The position numbers and the translations under genes are program-made. Below are positions 9,536 through 18,058 of a stretch of DNA of 64,000 nucleotides, piece after piece. This stretch comes from an uncultured Thermoplasmatales archaeon (lineage in GTDB: Archaea; Thermoplasmatota; SW-10-69-26; JACQPN01; CAZDGP01): contig CAZDGP010000001.1 in NCBI GenBank assembly GCA_964505085.1, positions 20,581 to 84,580 on the forward strand. The letters are read 5' to 3'. Position 1 is the first letter of the stretch, and every line of letters starts with the position of its first letter. A model generated the notes under the pieces. It was not told where the DNA came from. It saw nothing but the letters and a program-made list of their open reading frames with translations, and made no database searches.

Positions 9536-9994
9536 TCAGATGTCGGCCAACCCGTGGAGGACGCGGGCTACGGCGTCCACGGCGTAGGCCCCCCGGTCCA
9601 CACGGGCCTCCGCCTGGTCCAGGGTCTGCCCGGGCCCCGTCACCGCGAAGCCCACGGGCTTCTCCTCCCGGAGGCTCACCTGCGTGAGGGCGTGGGCGGC
9701 GGCGTGGCCTATGAGCTCGTCGTGTCGCGTTTCGCCCGTGACGATGACGCCCACGACCACGACGCCGGCCACGTCGTCCCGTCGGAGCAACCGTTGCGCG
9801 GGAAGCGGTGCGTCGTACGTGCCGCTCACACGCACCACGGGGTCGGGCACGAACCCGAGCTCCTCCGCGCGCTCCCGGGCATCCTCCAGCATGGCGTCGG
9901 CGATCTCGCGGTGGAAGTCCGCCACCACGAAGCCCAGGCGGCGGCCCTCCCCAACGGCGGGGATGGACGCGGGGGAGCTGCTCGGTTCCCCCAT
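9536..9994 (-). CDS. ribH: 6,7-dimethyl-8-ribityllumazine synthase
   Basis: 152-aa tail of the track ORF. RLGFVVADFHREI and VVVVGVIVTGETRHDELI are lumazine synthase signatures. ATG at 9994, one nt after the ribC stop. Confidence 0.85.
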   Translation of the reverse strand: MGEPSSSPASIPAVGEGRRLGFVVADFHREIADAMLEDARERAEELGFVPDPVVRVSGTYDAPLPAQRLLRRDDVAGVVVVGVIVTGETRHDELIGHAAAHALTQVSLREEKPVGFAVTGPGQTLDQAEARVDRGAYAVDAVARVLHGLADI

Positions 9995-9995
9995 C

Positions 9996-10538
9996 CTAGC
10001 GTCCCTCCGCCGGGCCTGCATCGCCAACGCCCCCGTCGCCCCCCCGAGCTTCCGGGTCCCGTGCCGCGCCGGCCCGTGCGGGACCGGCGTCCTCGAAGCC
10101 CTGGCGCTGCCCCGTCCCCGCCTGGCGCCGGAGCTCCTCCGGGTCGTAGACCATCCAGTACGCGTTCTCCGCGTGCTCCCGGGTCCGCTCCCTCGCGAGC
10201 CACGCGAGCCCCTCGTCATCGTCGGGGTCCACCTCGTCCATGTGGACGAAGACCTCGAGGAGCGGCCGACCGAAGAGGACGCGAAGCCCCATGAGGCCCA
10301 GGCTCGCCTCGTGGCCGCAGGTCTTGTCCACCTCCTCCGGCCCCACCATGCCGCAGGCCATGACGAGGTCCGCCCCCTCGTCCAGGTGCCGCCTGCAAGC
10401 GGCAGGGAGGTCCTTGACACCGGGGACCGTGTCCTGAAGGATCGTGGCGTCGGGGGCGTGCTTCTCCAGGGTCTCGCGGGCCACGCGGCCCATGTTCACG
10501 CGGCTGAAGGTCGTGTCCACGATGGCGATGCGGGGCAT
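9996..10538 (-). CDS. ribC: Archaeal-type riboflavin synthase
   Basis: MPRIAIVDTTFSRVNMG... matches the archaeal riboflavin synthase N-terminus. Gly/acidic low-complexity C-terminal tail. Confidence 0.8.
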   Translation of the reverse strand: MPRIAIVDTTFSRVNMGRVARETLEKHAPDATILQDTVPGVKDLPAACRRHLDEGADLVMACGMVGPEEVDKTCGHEASLGLMGLRVLFGRPLLEVFVHMDEVDPDDDEGLAWLARERTREHAENAYWMVYDPEELRRQAGTGQRQGFEDAGPARAGAARDPEARGGDGGVGDAGPAEGR

Positions 10539-10562
10539 GGGTTCACGCTCGGGCAGGAGGGA

Positions 10563-11030
10563 TCATTCGGGGGTGGAGGGAGGGTCCTCGAGGTCCGTGA
10601 GGAGCCCTCGCTCGTGGAGGTCGAGGATGCGGCGGATGATCTTGCGGGTGCCGTCGATATCGTGCTCGAAGCGGTCCGCCCGCGCCACGCGGATGCCCTG
10701 GAGGTCGCGTCGTTGGAGCTCCGCCTGGACGTCCGCCTCGCTGTGGTGGTCGTCGTGGCCGAGGACGATGACGTCGGGCGCCACCTCCTCCACGGTGAGG
10801 TAGTGGTCCTGCTCGTGACCCAGCACGGCCTGGTCCACGACGTCCAGGGCCTGCACCATGCGCACACGCTGGTCCTCGGGGAGGACCGTGGGGCGCTTCC
10901 GCTCCCGGACGCTGGCGTCGGTGGCCACCACCACCACGAGCTCGTCCCCGTGCTTGGCGGCCTGGGTGAGGTAGTGGACGTGGCCCAGGTGGAGGATGTC
11001 GAAGACGCCGGCGGCCATGGCGCGGGTCAT
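10563..11030 (-). CDS. ribL: Archaeal FAD synthetase RibL (FMN adenylyltransferase)
   Basis: MTRAMAAGVFDILHLGHVHYL (nucleotidyltransferase HxGH), 155 aa. ATGA overlap with the ribB stop. Confidence 0.85.
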   Translation of the reverse strand: MTRAMAAGVFDILHLGHVHYLTQAAKHGDELVVVVATDASVRERKRPTVLPEDQRVRMVQALDVVDQAVLGHEQDHYLTVEEVAPDVIVLGHDDHHSEADVQAELQRRDLQGIRVARADRFEHDIDGTRKIIRRILDLHERGLLTDLEDPPSTPE

Positions 11031-11767
11031 GCTTCCACGATGACATCGCGCTCGCCCGATTTGAAGGTTCTCCAGGCTTCGAGCACGCTGCCGCCCTTCA
11101 GGAGGACGGTCCCGTGGTCCCGGGCCCAGGCTTCGGCGGCGTCCAGGGGGAGGGCTCCGCCGTCCTCGTGGAGCATCTCGCAACCGAGGACCACGGGGGT
11201 CACGTGGGCCATGCGTGCCAGGGTGAGAGCGAGCTCCGTGTGCCCCCGGCGTTCGTCGAGAAGCCCCTCGGCGCCGAGGCAGAGGTGCACGTGTCCGGGA
11301 GCCCGGAACTCGCGGGCGAACCGAGCGCGAGCTGCGGTGTCGGTGAGGTCCGCGAGGTCACCTGCGAGCTCGGCGAGGCGCCGGGCCGTGAGGCTCCGGT
11401 CGTCATCGGTGATGCCGGTGAAGGTATCCCGGTGGTTGAGGGGGATGCTGAAGGAGCTGCGGGCATCGTAGGGAAGGCTCCCGGGCACGAGGTCCGAGAG
11501 CACGGGGTGGGTGCTGCTTGCCTCCTCCAGCACGTCGTGGAGGAAGGGAAGCTGGAGCCGCCGACCCACCTGGGGGTCCACGGCGAGGAAGACGAGGCCC
11601 CCGGCGTCCTGCCGGAGGGTCCGTACACGGGGGGGTGTCGCGTGCTCTGCGGCGACGAAGAGGTCCACCTCCTCCTCGCGGCCGTCCTCGTCGTACACGA
11701 GGATGGGGTCGCCCGCGCTGAGGAGGTCTAGCGCCGTCCGGATGGAGGAGGATCGGGTAGGGTCCAC
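11027..11767 (-). CDS. ribB: 3,4-dihydroxy-2-butanone-4-phosphate synthase
   Basis: ILVYDEDGREEEVDLFVAAEHATP and GHTELALTLARMAHV are typical DHBP synthase blocks. Confidence 0.9.
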   Translation of the reverse strand: MDPTRSSSIRTALDLLSAGDPILVYDEDGREEEVDLFVAAEHATPPRVRTLRQDAGGLVFLAVDPQVGRRLQLPFLHDVLEEASSTHPVLSDLVPGSLPYDARSSFSIPLNHRDTFTGITDDDRSLTARRLAELAGDLADLTDTAARARFAREFRAPGHVHLCLGAEGLLDERRGHTELALTLARMAHVTPVVLGCEMLHEDGGALPLDAAEAWARDHGTVLLKGGSVLEAWRTFKSGERDVIVEA

Positions 11768-11824
11768 GGGAGGGTCGCTCCAGCCAGCCCAAAGAAGGGC
11801 GGCGAGGACGGCATCCCCCCCGAG

Positions 11825-11835
11825 CTACATAAAAG
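11825..11835 (-). promoter_or_regulatory. TATA-like CTTTTATGTAG upstream of the rib operon
   Basis: AT-rich element about 65 nt upstream of the ribB ATG, in the S17e-ribB spacer. Confidence 0.35.
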
Positions 11836-11851
11836 TTAGGTAGTTACCGAG

Positions 11852-12049
11852 CTAGGCGTTCCGCTCGCCCTGCTCCACGAGGCGGGTGACGTAGCCTGCG
11901 ATGCGGTTGCGGAGGACCTTACCCCGGGTGTTGGTGAGCTCACCCACCATGTGCTTGTTGTGCTCGAAGTCCTCGTTGAACATGTCGGAGTGCTCGCTGA
12001 GCAGCTTGTGCGCCACGCGCTTGATGTAGGTGGGTCGGATGTTCCCCAT
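11852..12049 (-). CDS. rps17e: 30S ribosomal protein S17e
   Basis: MGNIRPTYIKRVAHKLL...LRNRIAGYVTRL, 65 aa. Confidence 0.9.
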   Translation of the reverse strand: MGNIRPTYIKRVAHKLLSEHSDMFNEDFEHNKHMVGELTNTRGKVLRNRIAGYVTRLVEQGERNA

Positions 12050-12086
12050 GGTATTCTCCCGGGTTGCGTCCCTGAAAACCTGTTCA

Positions 12087-12095
12087 TTATAAAAA
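12087..12095 (-). promoter_or_regulatory. Canonical TATA box TTTTTATAA for rps17e
   Basis: About 45 nt upstream of ATG 12049, with a GGGAGA SD-like element in the predicted leader. Confidence 0.55.
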
Positions 12096-12114
12096 CTTTG
12101 TCCAGTCCCGCGGA

Positions 12115-12561
12115 TCACGCGAGGAGCGCCTCCACCTTCTCGATGGCTGACAGCCGCTCCTCCAGCCGCTCCTCGAGCTCGGTCCCCAGGTCCTCGAGGA
12201 CGTCGCTCCAGGGGACGCAAAGGCGGTAGTGGTGCACGGGACGTCCCTTCCCACCCTGCGTCCGTGGGTCCGCTTCAACCCACCCCCGGTTCCGGAGCTC
12301 GAGGGTGGCCACCGACACCTCGGGCTGTCGCAACCCCAGCGCCCTCTGGAGGTCCCGGCTCCGGGCCTCGGGCACGGCCTGGAGGTACGCCAGCACCTTC
12401 GCCACGCGGGTCTCCACCCCCGTCTCCTCCAAGAGACTAGCCACCCGCTCAAGTTGGGTGCTGAAGGGCGGGAGGTCGTCGGGTCGGCTCAGTCGCGTCA
12501 CCGTTGAAGGTTGAGGCCCCGGGGTATATCCCCCTTCGCCTCCTTCCCCGCCGCGCGTCAC
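12115..12561 (-). CDS. Winged-helix (ArsR/TrmB-like) transcriptional regulator
   Basis: RDLQRALGLRQPEVSVATLELRNRGWVEAD...GKGRPVHHYRL (recognition helix plus wing). GTG start overlaps the upstream stop (GTGA). Confidence 0.6.
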   Translation of the reverse strand: MTRGGEGGEGGYTPGPQPSTVTRLSRPDDLPPFSTQLERVASLLEETGVETRVAKVLAYLQAVPEARSRDLQRALGLRQPEVSVATLELRNRGWVEADPRTQGGKGRPVHHYRLCVPWSDVLEDLGTELEERLEERLSAIEKVEALLA

Positions 12562-13730
12562 CCGATGACGAGGCCCTCGGGTTCGGGGCGTCGGCCGTCA
12601 GCGAAGCGAGCGAGGTCGAAGGGCTCCAGGTCCACAGGGGGTGAGCGCCCCTGGACGAGGGCGGCGTTCACCTGGGCCACCACCGGATGGATCATGAACC
12701 CGTGACCGCTGAACCCGTGGGCCTGGAGGAGGTTCCCCACCTCCGGCGCGGGTCCCAGGATCGGCTTGTGGTCAGGGGTCACATCGTAGAGACCCGCCCA
12801 CTGCCGGAGCACCCGCAGGTTCCCCATGCGGGGGAGGATATCCTCGAGGGAGCGCGCGATGCGCTTCAGGAACCGGAAGCTGGAGCTCATGTTCACACCC
12901 TCCTCCTCGTGGGGGTCGCCCAACCCCGCCACGCACTCACCGCGCATGTCCTGGTTCACGTAGAGCCCGTTCCGGAGGTCCACCACCATGGGGTCCAGGA
13001 AGGGCCGGATGCTCTCGGTGACCATGATCTCGTGGCGCACGGGGACGTTGGGGACCTCCACCCCCGCCATGGCCGCAACCTCCGGACTCCAGGCGCCGGC
13101 GGCGTTCAGCACCCACTCGGCCTGGATGGTGCCCCGGTCCGTCACCACCTCGGTGACGCGGTCCCCCTCCACGTGGAGGTCCGTGACCTCCGTGAAGGTG
13201 TGGACCTCAACGTCCATCTCCCGGAGCCTCCGCACGTACCCGTGGACGACGCTCCAGGGGAACACGATGCCGTCGATGGGGCAGTACGAGCCCCCCACGA
13301 GGTCCGGCACGTGGAGGTCCGGAACCAGCACCTGTGCCTCGTCGGGGTCCACCAGGCGGCTTGGGACATCGTGGTCCTTCTGGAAGGCCACGGCCTCCTC
13401 CAGGTCCTGCATGTGGTCCTCCTCGAAGGCGAGGAAGAGGTACCCGCCCTGGCGGAACCACACGTTGAAGTCCAGCTCGCGGCTCAGGTCCTCGTACGCC
13501 GCGATGCTCTCCCGGGCCAGGTGGATGCTGCTGGGGCTCGTCCACTGGGCGCGGACGCCGCCGCCGTTGCGGCCGCTGGCCCCGTAGGGGATGTAGCGGC
13601 TCTCGAGGACCACGATGTCCTCCACGCCCTGGCGTGCGAGCTCGTACGCTGTGCCCAGGCTCGTGACGCCGCCGCCGACGCACACGACCCCGGCCCGCGT
13701 CGGAAGGTCCCCCTGCGTGCTCGGGATCAC
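12558..13730 (-). CDS. FAD-dependent oxidoreductase, SoxB/HcnC/L-proline dehydrogenase beta-type subunit
   Basis: GVVCVGGGVTSLGTAYELARQG dinucleotide fold and DAO-family body. GTG 13730 is preceded by GGGAGGAG and overlaps the upstream stop (GTGA). Confidence 0.8.
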   Translation of the reverse strand: MIPSTQGDLPTRAGVVCVGGGVTSLGTAYELARQGVEDIVVLESRYIPYGASGRNGGGVRAQWTSPSSIHLARESIAAYEDLSRELDFNVWFRQGGYLFLAFEEDHMQDLEEAVAFQKDHDVPSRLVDPDEAQVLVPDLHVPDLVGGSYCPIDGIVFPWSVVHGYVRRLREMDVEVHTFTEVTDLHVEGDRVTEVVTDRGTIQAEWVLNAAGAWSPEVAAMAGVEVPNVPVRHEIMVTESIRPFLDPMVVDLRNGLYVNQDMRGECVAGLGDPHEEEGVNMSSSFRFLKRIARSLEDILPRMGNLRVLRQWAGLYDVTPDHKPILGPAPEVGNLLQAHGFSGHGFMIHPVVAQVNAALVQGRSPPVDLEPFDLARFADGRRPEPEGLVIG

Positions 13731-13996
13731 GGCTCCTCCCCCTCGTCGGTTCCATCGGCAGCGAGCTTCCCCAGCTCCACGGGCTGGATGGGAGGCCGGT
13801 GCGTGATGGTGCCCAGGTCCACCGGCTCCACGCTCGTCATCTCCATGAGGATGCGCCGCGTGTGCAGGAGGCAGGCCTTCCCCTGGCAGGGGCCCGTGGC
13901 GAGACCCGTGTACCGCTTGAGGCTCTCGATGTCCTGGTAGCCCTCCTCCACCGCGTGACGGAGCTCCTCCTCGATGACGTCCTCGCAGGGGCACAC
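13727..13996 (-). CDS. Small BFD-like [2Fe-2S]-binding subunit
   Basis: C-P-C-EDV...GLATGPCQGKAC Cys pattern. The start is uncertain; GTG 13996 is the first plausible codon after the upstream stop at 14014. About 89 aa. Confidence 0.6.
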   Translation of the reverse strand: MCPCEDVIEEELRHAVEEGYQDIESLKRYTGLATGPCQGKACLLHTRRILMEMTSVEPVDLGTITHRPPIQPVELGKLAADGTDEGEEP

Positions 13997-14013
13997 CAGG
14001 GTCTTCCCGGTAG

Positions 14014-15417
14014 CTATGCGGACCCCTCCAGGTGGTGCGTGAGGCGCTCGAGAAGCCGCTTGCTCTCCTCCGCGAGCTCGGAGGCTCCCCCCGCTCCCGC
14101 GGCAGCCTGGAGACCGGCTGCGCGTCCCTGGAGCAACGCCAGGTGCGGGGGTTTGCGTCCAGCGACTTCCCCTGCCACATGGCACCACGGGACGGGGGTG
14201 GTGCCGTCGGGGCGTGCCTCCGGGTAGAGAGCTCCCCGCTCGTCCCCTCGCGTCAGGGGCACCCCGGCTTGCTGAAGGAGCTCGACTCGCGGGTACCGCG
14301 TTCCCGTGACCACCAGCGCGTCGCAGCTCCTCCGCTCCTCGCCCTCTGCCGTCCGGAGGGTGACGCCCTCCAGGAACCGCCCACCGTGGGCCTCGACGAC
14401 CTCGGTCCCGGGCTCGGCCACCACCTTGGCCCCGGCATCCTCCAGAGCGCGAGCCACGGTCGCGGCGTCGCCCCGGGGCCCCGTCACCACCACGACCCGT
14501 CCGGGGAGCACGCCGTGGCGGAGCAGGAGCCTCGCGCCTCGCCCTCCCATGATCCCGGGGAGGTCGTTCCGGGGGATGGCCGGCGGAGCCTCGTGGGTGC
14601 CGGGCGCGAGGACGATGCGCTCGGCGTGGACCTCGAGGAGGCGGCGGGGCGCATCCACCACGAGGGTCCTGTCGGGGTAGAGGCCCACAGCCGCGGCCTC
14701 GGTCTCCACGCGGACGGCGGTCCGGTCCTCGAGGGTGGTGGTCAGGGTGCGGGCGGCCTCGGGCCCTGGCGACCCGCTCCAGGGCGTGTCGCCCTCAAGG
14801 GGCTCTTCGTGGAGCAGAAGCTCCCCGCCAAGCTCCGGGGCCTCCTCCACCAGCAGGAGGCGTTCCACCGTCTCGCTGGCGGCATGGGCCGCGGCGAGAC
14901 CCGCGGGGCCACCGCCCACCACCGCCACGTCCACCTGCACCTCCTCCATGGGTTCGTGGTCCGTAGGTTCCGGTGTGCGGGGCGGCGGGTCGCCGAAGCC
15001 GGCGAGCTCCCGGATGACGCGGTTGTAGACGGGCACGAGGGCCTTCGGTCGGAGGAAGCGCTCGTGGTAGTCGAAGCCCCGGGGGAAGATGCGGTCCACG
15101 GCGCCCAGTACGTCGAGGTCCGCGCTGGGCCAACCCGATTGGCGTTGCACGTCCATCCCGGGCTCGATCCGTGTGGTGCAGGCGCGGACGTTGGGGTCCC
15201 CGTTCACGCGCACGAGGCAGTTCCCGCACTTCCCCACGCCGCAGAAGTAGCCCCGTGGGCGGTGGTACCTGATACTTCGGCCCAGAACCCGTATGCCCCG
15301 CGCGTGGAGGGCGCTTGCCACGGTGTCGCCCTCAAGGCCCTTGACCTCCTTGCCATCGAGGGTGAAGGGCACCGTGGACCCCTCGTCGTGCCCGGGTACG
15401 CGCAGGTCCTCTCCCAC
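14014..15417 (-). CDS. Fusion of an N-terminal 2Fe-2S module (HcnA/SoxA-N-like) and an FAD/NAD(P) oxidoreductase (HcnB/OoxA/PDH alpha-like)
   Basis: FTLDGKEVKGLEGDTVASAL...YFCGVGKCGNCLVRVNG, then VDVAVVGGGPAGLAAAHAAS. Start proposed at GTG 15417 (GGGGG about 10 nt upstream); the track ORF extends far upstream over asd. Confidence 0.75.
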   Translation of the reverse strand: MGEDLRVPGHDEGSTVPFTLDGKEVKGLEGDTVASALHARGIRVLGRSIRYHRPRGYFCGVGKCGNCLVRVNGDPNVRACTTRIEPGMDVQRQSGWPSADLDVLGAVDRIFPRGFDYHERFLRPKALVPVYNRVIRELAGFGDPPPRTPEPTDHEPMEEVQVDVAVVGGGPAGLAAAHAASETVERLLLVEEAPELGGELLLHEEPLEGDTPWSGSPGPEAARTLTTTLEDRTAVRVETEAAAVGLYPDRTLVVDAPRRLLEVHAERIVLAPGTHEAPPAIPRNDLPGIMGGRGARLLLRHGVLPGRVVVVTGPRGDAATVARALEDAGAKVVAEPGTEVVEAHGGRFLEGVTLRTAEGEERRSCDALVVTGTRYPRVELLQQAGVPLTRGDERGALYPEARPDGTTPVPWCHVAGEVAGRKPPHLALLQGRAAGLQAAAGAGGASELAEESKRLLERLTHHLEGSA

Positions 15418-15482
15418 GGGTGGTGCCCCCTGTGGCGGCCGGTATGCCAGGGCGCGTACTTGAGGTTGTCGCCCTGGCGTCG

Positions 15483-16517
15483 TCAGAGGCCCCGGCGCGC
15501 GTCGAGGAGCTCCGCGTTGAGGATGCTGCCGCCGGCGGCACCTCGGATGGTGTTGGACCCCGTGGCCACGTACTTGAGGTCGAGGATGGGGTCCCTGCGG
15601 AACCGGCCAGCGCTGGCGGCCATCCCCCTCTCGATGCCCCAGTCCCTGCGGGGTTGGGGGCGGTCCGCCTGGTCCATCACGTGCACGGGGACGCTGGGGG
15701 CCGTGGGAAGGTTCAGCTCCTGGGGTTCCCCCCGGAAGCCACCGAGGACCTCCGCGGCCTCCTCCGGAGAAGGGTTCGCCTCCGTCTCGATGGCCACGCT
15801 CATGCCGTGGCCCTCCTGCACGGGGACGCGGGTGCAGGTGGCGCTCAGGGTGAGGTCCGCGTGCGCCACCTGTCCCCCGTCGAGGGTGCCGAGAAGGCGC
15901 TGGGGCTCGGTCTCGATCTTGTCCTCCTCCCCCCCGATGTACGGGACGACGTTCCCGAGGATGTCGAGGCTCGCCACGCCGGGGTACCCGGCGCCGCTCA
16001 CCGCCTGCCACGTGGTGACGTGCACACGCTGGAGGGTGAAGGCGTCGTGGAGGGGTTTCAGGGTCATGGTGAGGACGATGCTGGAGCAGTTGGGGTTCGT
16101 GACGATGAACCCGTCGTGGGGTTGCTCGTCCACGAGGTCCATGTGGTCGGGGTTCACCTCCGGGATGAGCAGAGGCACATCCTCGTCCATGCGGTGGTCC
16201 CGGGCGTTGCTGAAGACCTTGTGACCCCGCTTGGCCAGGTCCGTCTCGATGGGGCCAGCCTTCCCGCCGGGGACGGCGCTGAAGCACACGGGGCTCTCCA
16301 GGTGCTCGCTCGCGAGCTGCACCTCCAGGTTCGCCACGTCCTCGGGCATGGGATCGTCCAGGATCCAGTGGGCGGCGTCCCCGTACCGCTTGCCGGCGCT
16401 TCGCTTGCTGGCCACGACCTCGGCCACGCGGAATCGGGGGTGGTCGTCGAGCAGGCTCACGAAGCGTTGGCCCACGGCGCCGGTGGCGCCCAGGACCGCA
16501 ACGTCGATGCGTGTCAT
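15483..16517 (-). CDS. asd: Aspartate-semialdehyde dehydrogenase
   Basis: MTRIDVAVLGATGAVGQRF, and TNPNCSSIVL (active-site Cys context). ATGA overlap with the lysC stop. Confidence 0.9.
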   Translation of the reverse strand: MTRIDVAVLGATGAVGQRFVSLLDDHPRFRVAEVVASKRSAGKRYGDAAHWILDDPMPEDVANLEVQLASEHLESPVCFSAVPGGKAGPIETDLAKRGHKVFSNARDHRMDEDVPLLIPEVNPDHMDLVDEQPHDGFIVTNPNCSSIVLTMTLKPLHDAFTLQRVHVTTWQAVSGAGYPGVASLDILGNVVPYIGGEEDKIETEPQRLLGTLDGGQVAHADLTLSATCTRVPVQEGHGMSVAIETEANPSPEEAAEVLGGFRGEPQELNLPTAPSVPVHVMDQADRPQPRRDWGIERGMAASAGRFRRDPILDLKYVATGSNTIRGAAGGSILNAELLDARRGL

Positions 16518-17896
16518 GGGGATCCGTTCTCCTTGAGGAATGCGTCGTGCAGCGCCTGGAGGCACGCTTGGGCGTCCTCGGTGCGCACGACGAAGTTGAG
16601 CGCGATGTCGCTGGCTCCCACGCTGATCATCTCCACGTTGATGCCGGCGCCTCCCACGGTCTCGAAGATGCGTCCGGCGACGCCGTGGGTGCTCCCCAGG
16701 CCCTGACCCACCACGGTGACGAGGCTGCGACCCTTGTGCCCGTCCACGCCCTGGATGACGCCGTGCACGTGCTCGCCCAGGACCTCCCGGCCCCGGGGGA
16801 GGTCCGAGGCGTCGATGAGGAGGGCGAAGCTCGCCTGGCTCGCCGCCATGTTGTACACGTTGATCCTCTCCTCACCCAGCGCCGTGAAGACCTCCTGACC
16901 GATGCCGGGCGTGTACGCCATGCCCGGTCCGTAGAGTCGCAGGATGGCGAGGCCGGGCTTCACGGCGGCGCTGCGGAGCCCGCTCGTGCCCTCGGGGAGC
17001 TCCGCCTGGATGGTGCTGCCATCCACCTCGGGTCGGGTGGTGTTCCGCACCACGATGGGGATGCCCTGCGCGCGCACGGGTTCCACGGTGCGGGGGTGGA
17101 GGACCTGGGCGCCCACGTACGCGAGCTCCGCCGCCTCGTCGTACGTCATGTGGGAGAGGGGTACGGCGTCGGGGACGAGGGTGGGATCGGCGGTGAGGAA
17201 CCCATCGACGTCCTTCCACACCTCCAACCGGTCCACCTCGAGGGCTGCCGAGAGGATGGCGGCGCTGAAGTCGCTGCCTCCGCGACCGAATGTGGTGACG
17301 TGACCCTCCTCGTCGCATCCGAAGTACCCGCTTACGACGGGCACGGTCCCCTCCTCGAGCAGGGGTCCGAGGTGCTTCCGGACGTTCCGTTCCACCGCGT
17401 CCATGCGGGGGGTGGCGTTCCCGAAGCGCCCGTCCGTGAGGATCCCGATGTCGTCGGCATCCCGTGCCACGGCGTCGACTCCCGCGTCGCGGAGAGCTCC
17501 CGCGAGCAGGCGCACGCTCAGGCGTTCGCCGAAAGCGTGAACGAGGTCCCGGGTGCGGTGGGTGAGCTCCTCCGTGTACGCGATGCCGTAGAGCAACCGC
17601 TCCAATCGCTCGTACTGCTCCGCGAGGTGCGCGAGCACCGCGTTCCGGTGCTCCACCTCGTCCATGGCTCGGGCAGCCGCGGCGTCGTGGCGCCGCCGGA
17701 GGCCCTCCATCACCTCCTTCACGGCGGTCTCGTCCTCCCGGACGGTGCGCGCGCCCTCCTCGAGGGCGTCTGTGACGCCGCTCATGGCGCTCGCCACCAC
17801 CACGCGCTCGTCGTCCTCCCGGGCCACGATCTCCGCCACCTGGCGCATCATCTCCCCGGAGCCCACGCTGGTGCCACCGAACTTCATCACTCGCAT
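16514..17896 (-). CDS. lysC: Aspartate kinase
   Basis: MRVMKFGGTSVGSGE, VVVASAMSGVTDAL, C-terminal ACT-type region. GGAGGTG 8 nt upstream of ATG 17896. Confidence 0.9.
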   Translation of the reverse strand: MRVMKFGGTSVGSGEMMRQVAEIVAREDDERVVVASAMSGVTDALEEGARTVREDETAVKEVMEGLRRRHDAAAARAMDEVEHRNAVLAHLAEQYERLERLLYGIAYTEELTHRTRDLVHAFGERLSVRLLAGALRDAGVDAVARDADDIGILTDGRFGNATPRMDAVERNVRKHLGPLLEEGTVPVVSGYFGCDEEGHVTTFGRGGSDFSAAILSAALEVDRLEVWKDVDGFLTADPTLVPDAVPLSHMTYDEAAELAYVGAQVLHPRTVEPVRAQGIPIVVRNTTRPEVDGSTIQAELPEGTSGLRSAAVKPGLAILRLYGPGMAYTPGIGQEVFTALGEERINVYNMAASQASFALLIDASDLPRGREVLGEHVHGVIQGVDGHKGRSLVTVVGQGLGSTHGVAGRIFETVGGAGINVEMISVGASDIALNFVVRTEDAQACLQALHDAFLKENGSP

Positions 17897-17897
17897 C
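17874..17897 (-). repeat. Copy A of a 24-nt direct repeat covering the lysC start (GATGCGAGTGATGAAGTTCGGTGG on the minus strand)
   Basis: Identical 24-mer at 18059-18082; 27 of 28 nt identical when extended. Confidence 0.9.
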
Positions 17898-17927
17898 TTC
17901 GATGCACCTCCAAGCCCCCATCACGAA

Positions 17928-17958
17928 CCTGCGGAAGCGTAGCCGACGCTTCCGCAGG
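17928..17958 (-). promoter_or_regulatory. Perfect 13-bp stem / 5-nt loop hairpin in the tyrA-lysC spacer
   Basis: cctgcggaagcgt-agccg-acgcttccgcagg. The arms are exact reverse complements. Confidence 0.8.
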
Positions 17959-18023
17959 CGCCCGCTCCGCCTCTGGCGTCGCTCCACCGCGTCCGACCAG
18001 AGGTCTGACCCGGTTGCGCCCTC

Positions 18024-18050
18024 GGAACGCTCCGTGGCACTCCGCGTTCC
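18024..18050 (-). promoter_or_regulatory. Second inverted repeat (7-bp stem, 13-nt loop) in the same spacer
   Basis: ggaacgc...gcgttcc. Confidence 0.4.
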
Positions 18051-18058
18051 TGCGGGTA

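Noticed and set aside
13996-14188. The longer version of the small BFD-like ORF (track 13727-14188), or a frameshift fusion with the upstream oxidoreductase.
   Set aside because: The extension overlaps the well-formed C-terminus of 14014-15417 in another frame and is Arg/Gly/Pro-rich. Separate small Fe-S subunits are known in related heteromeric dehydrogenases. The exact start remains uncertain.
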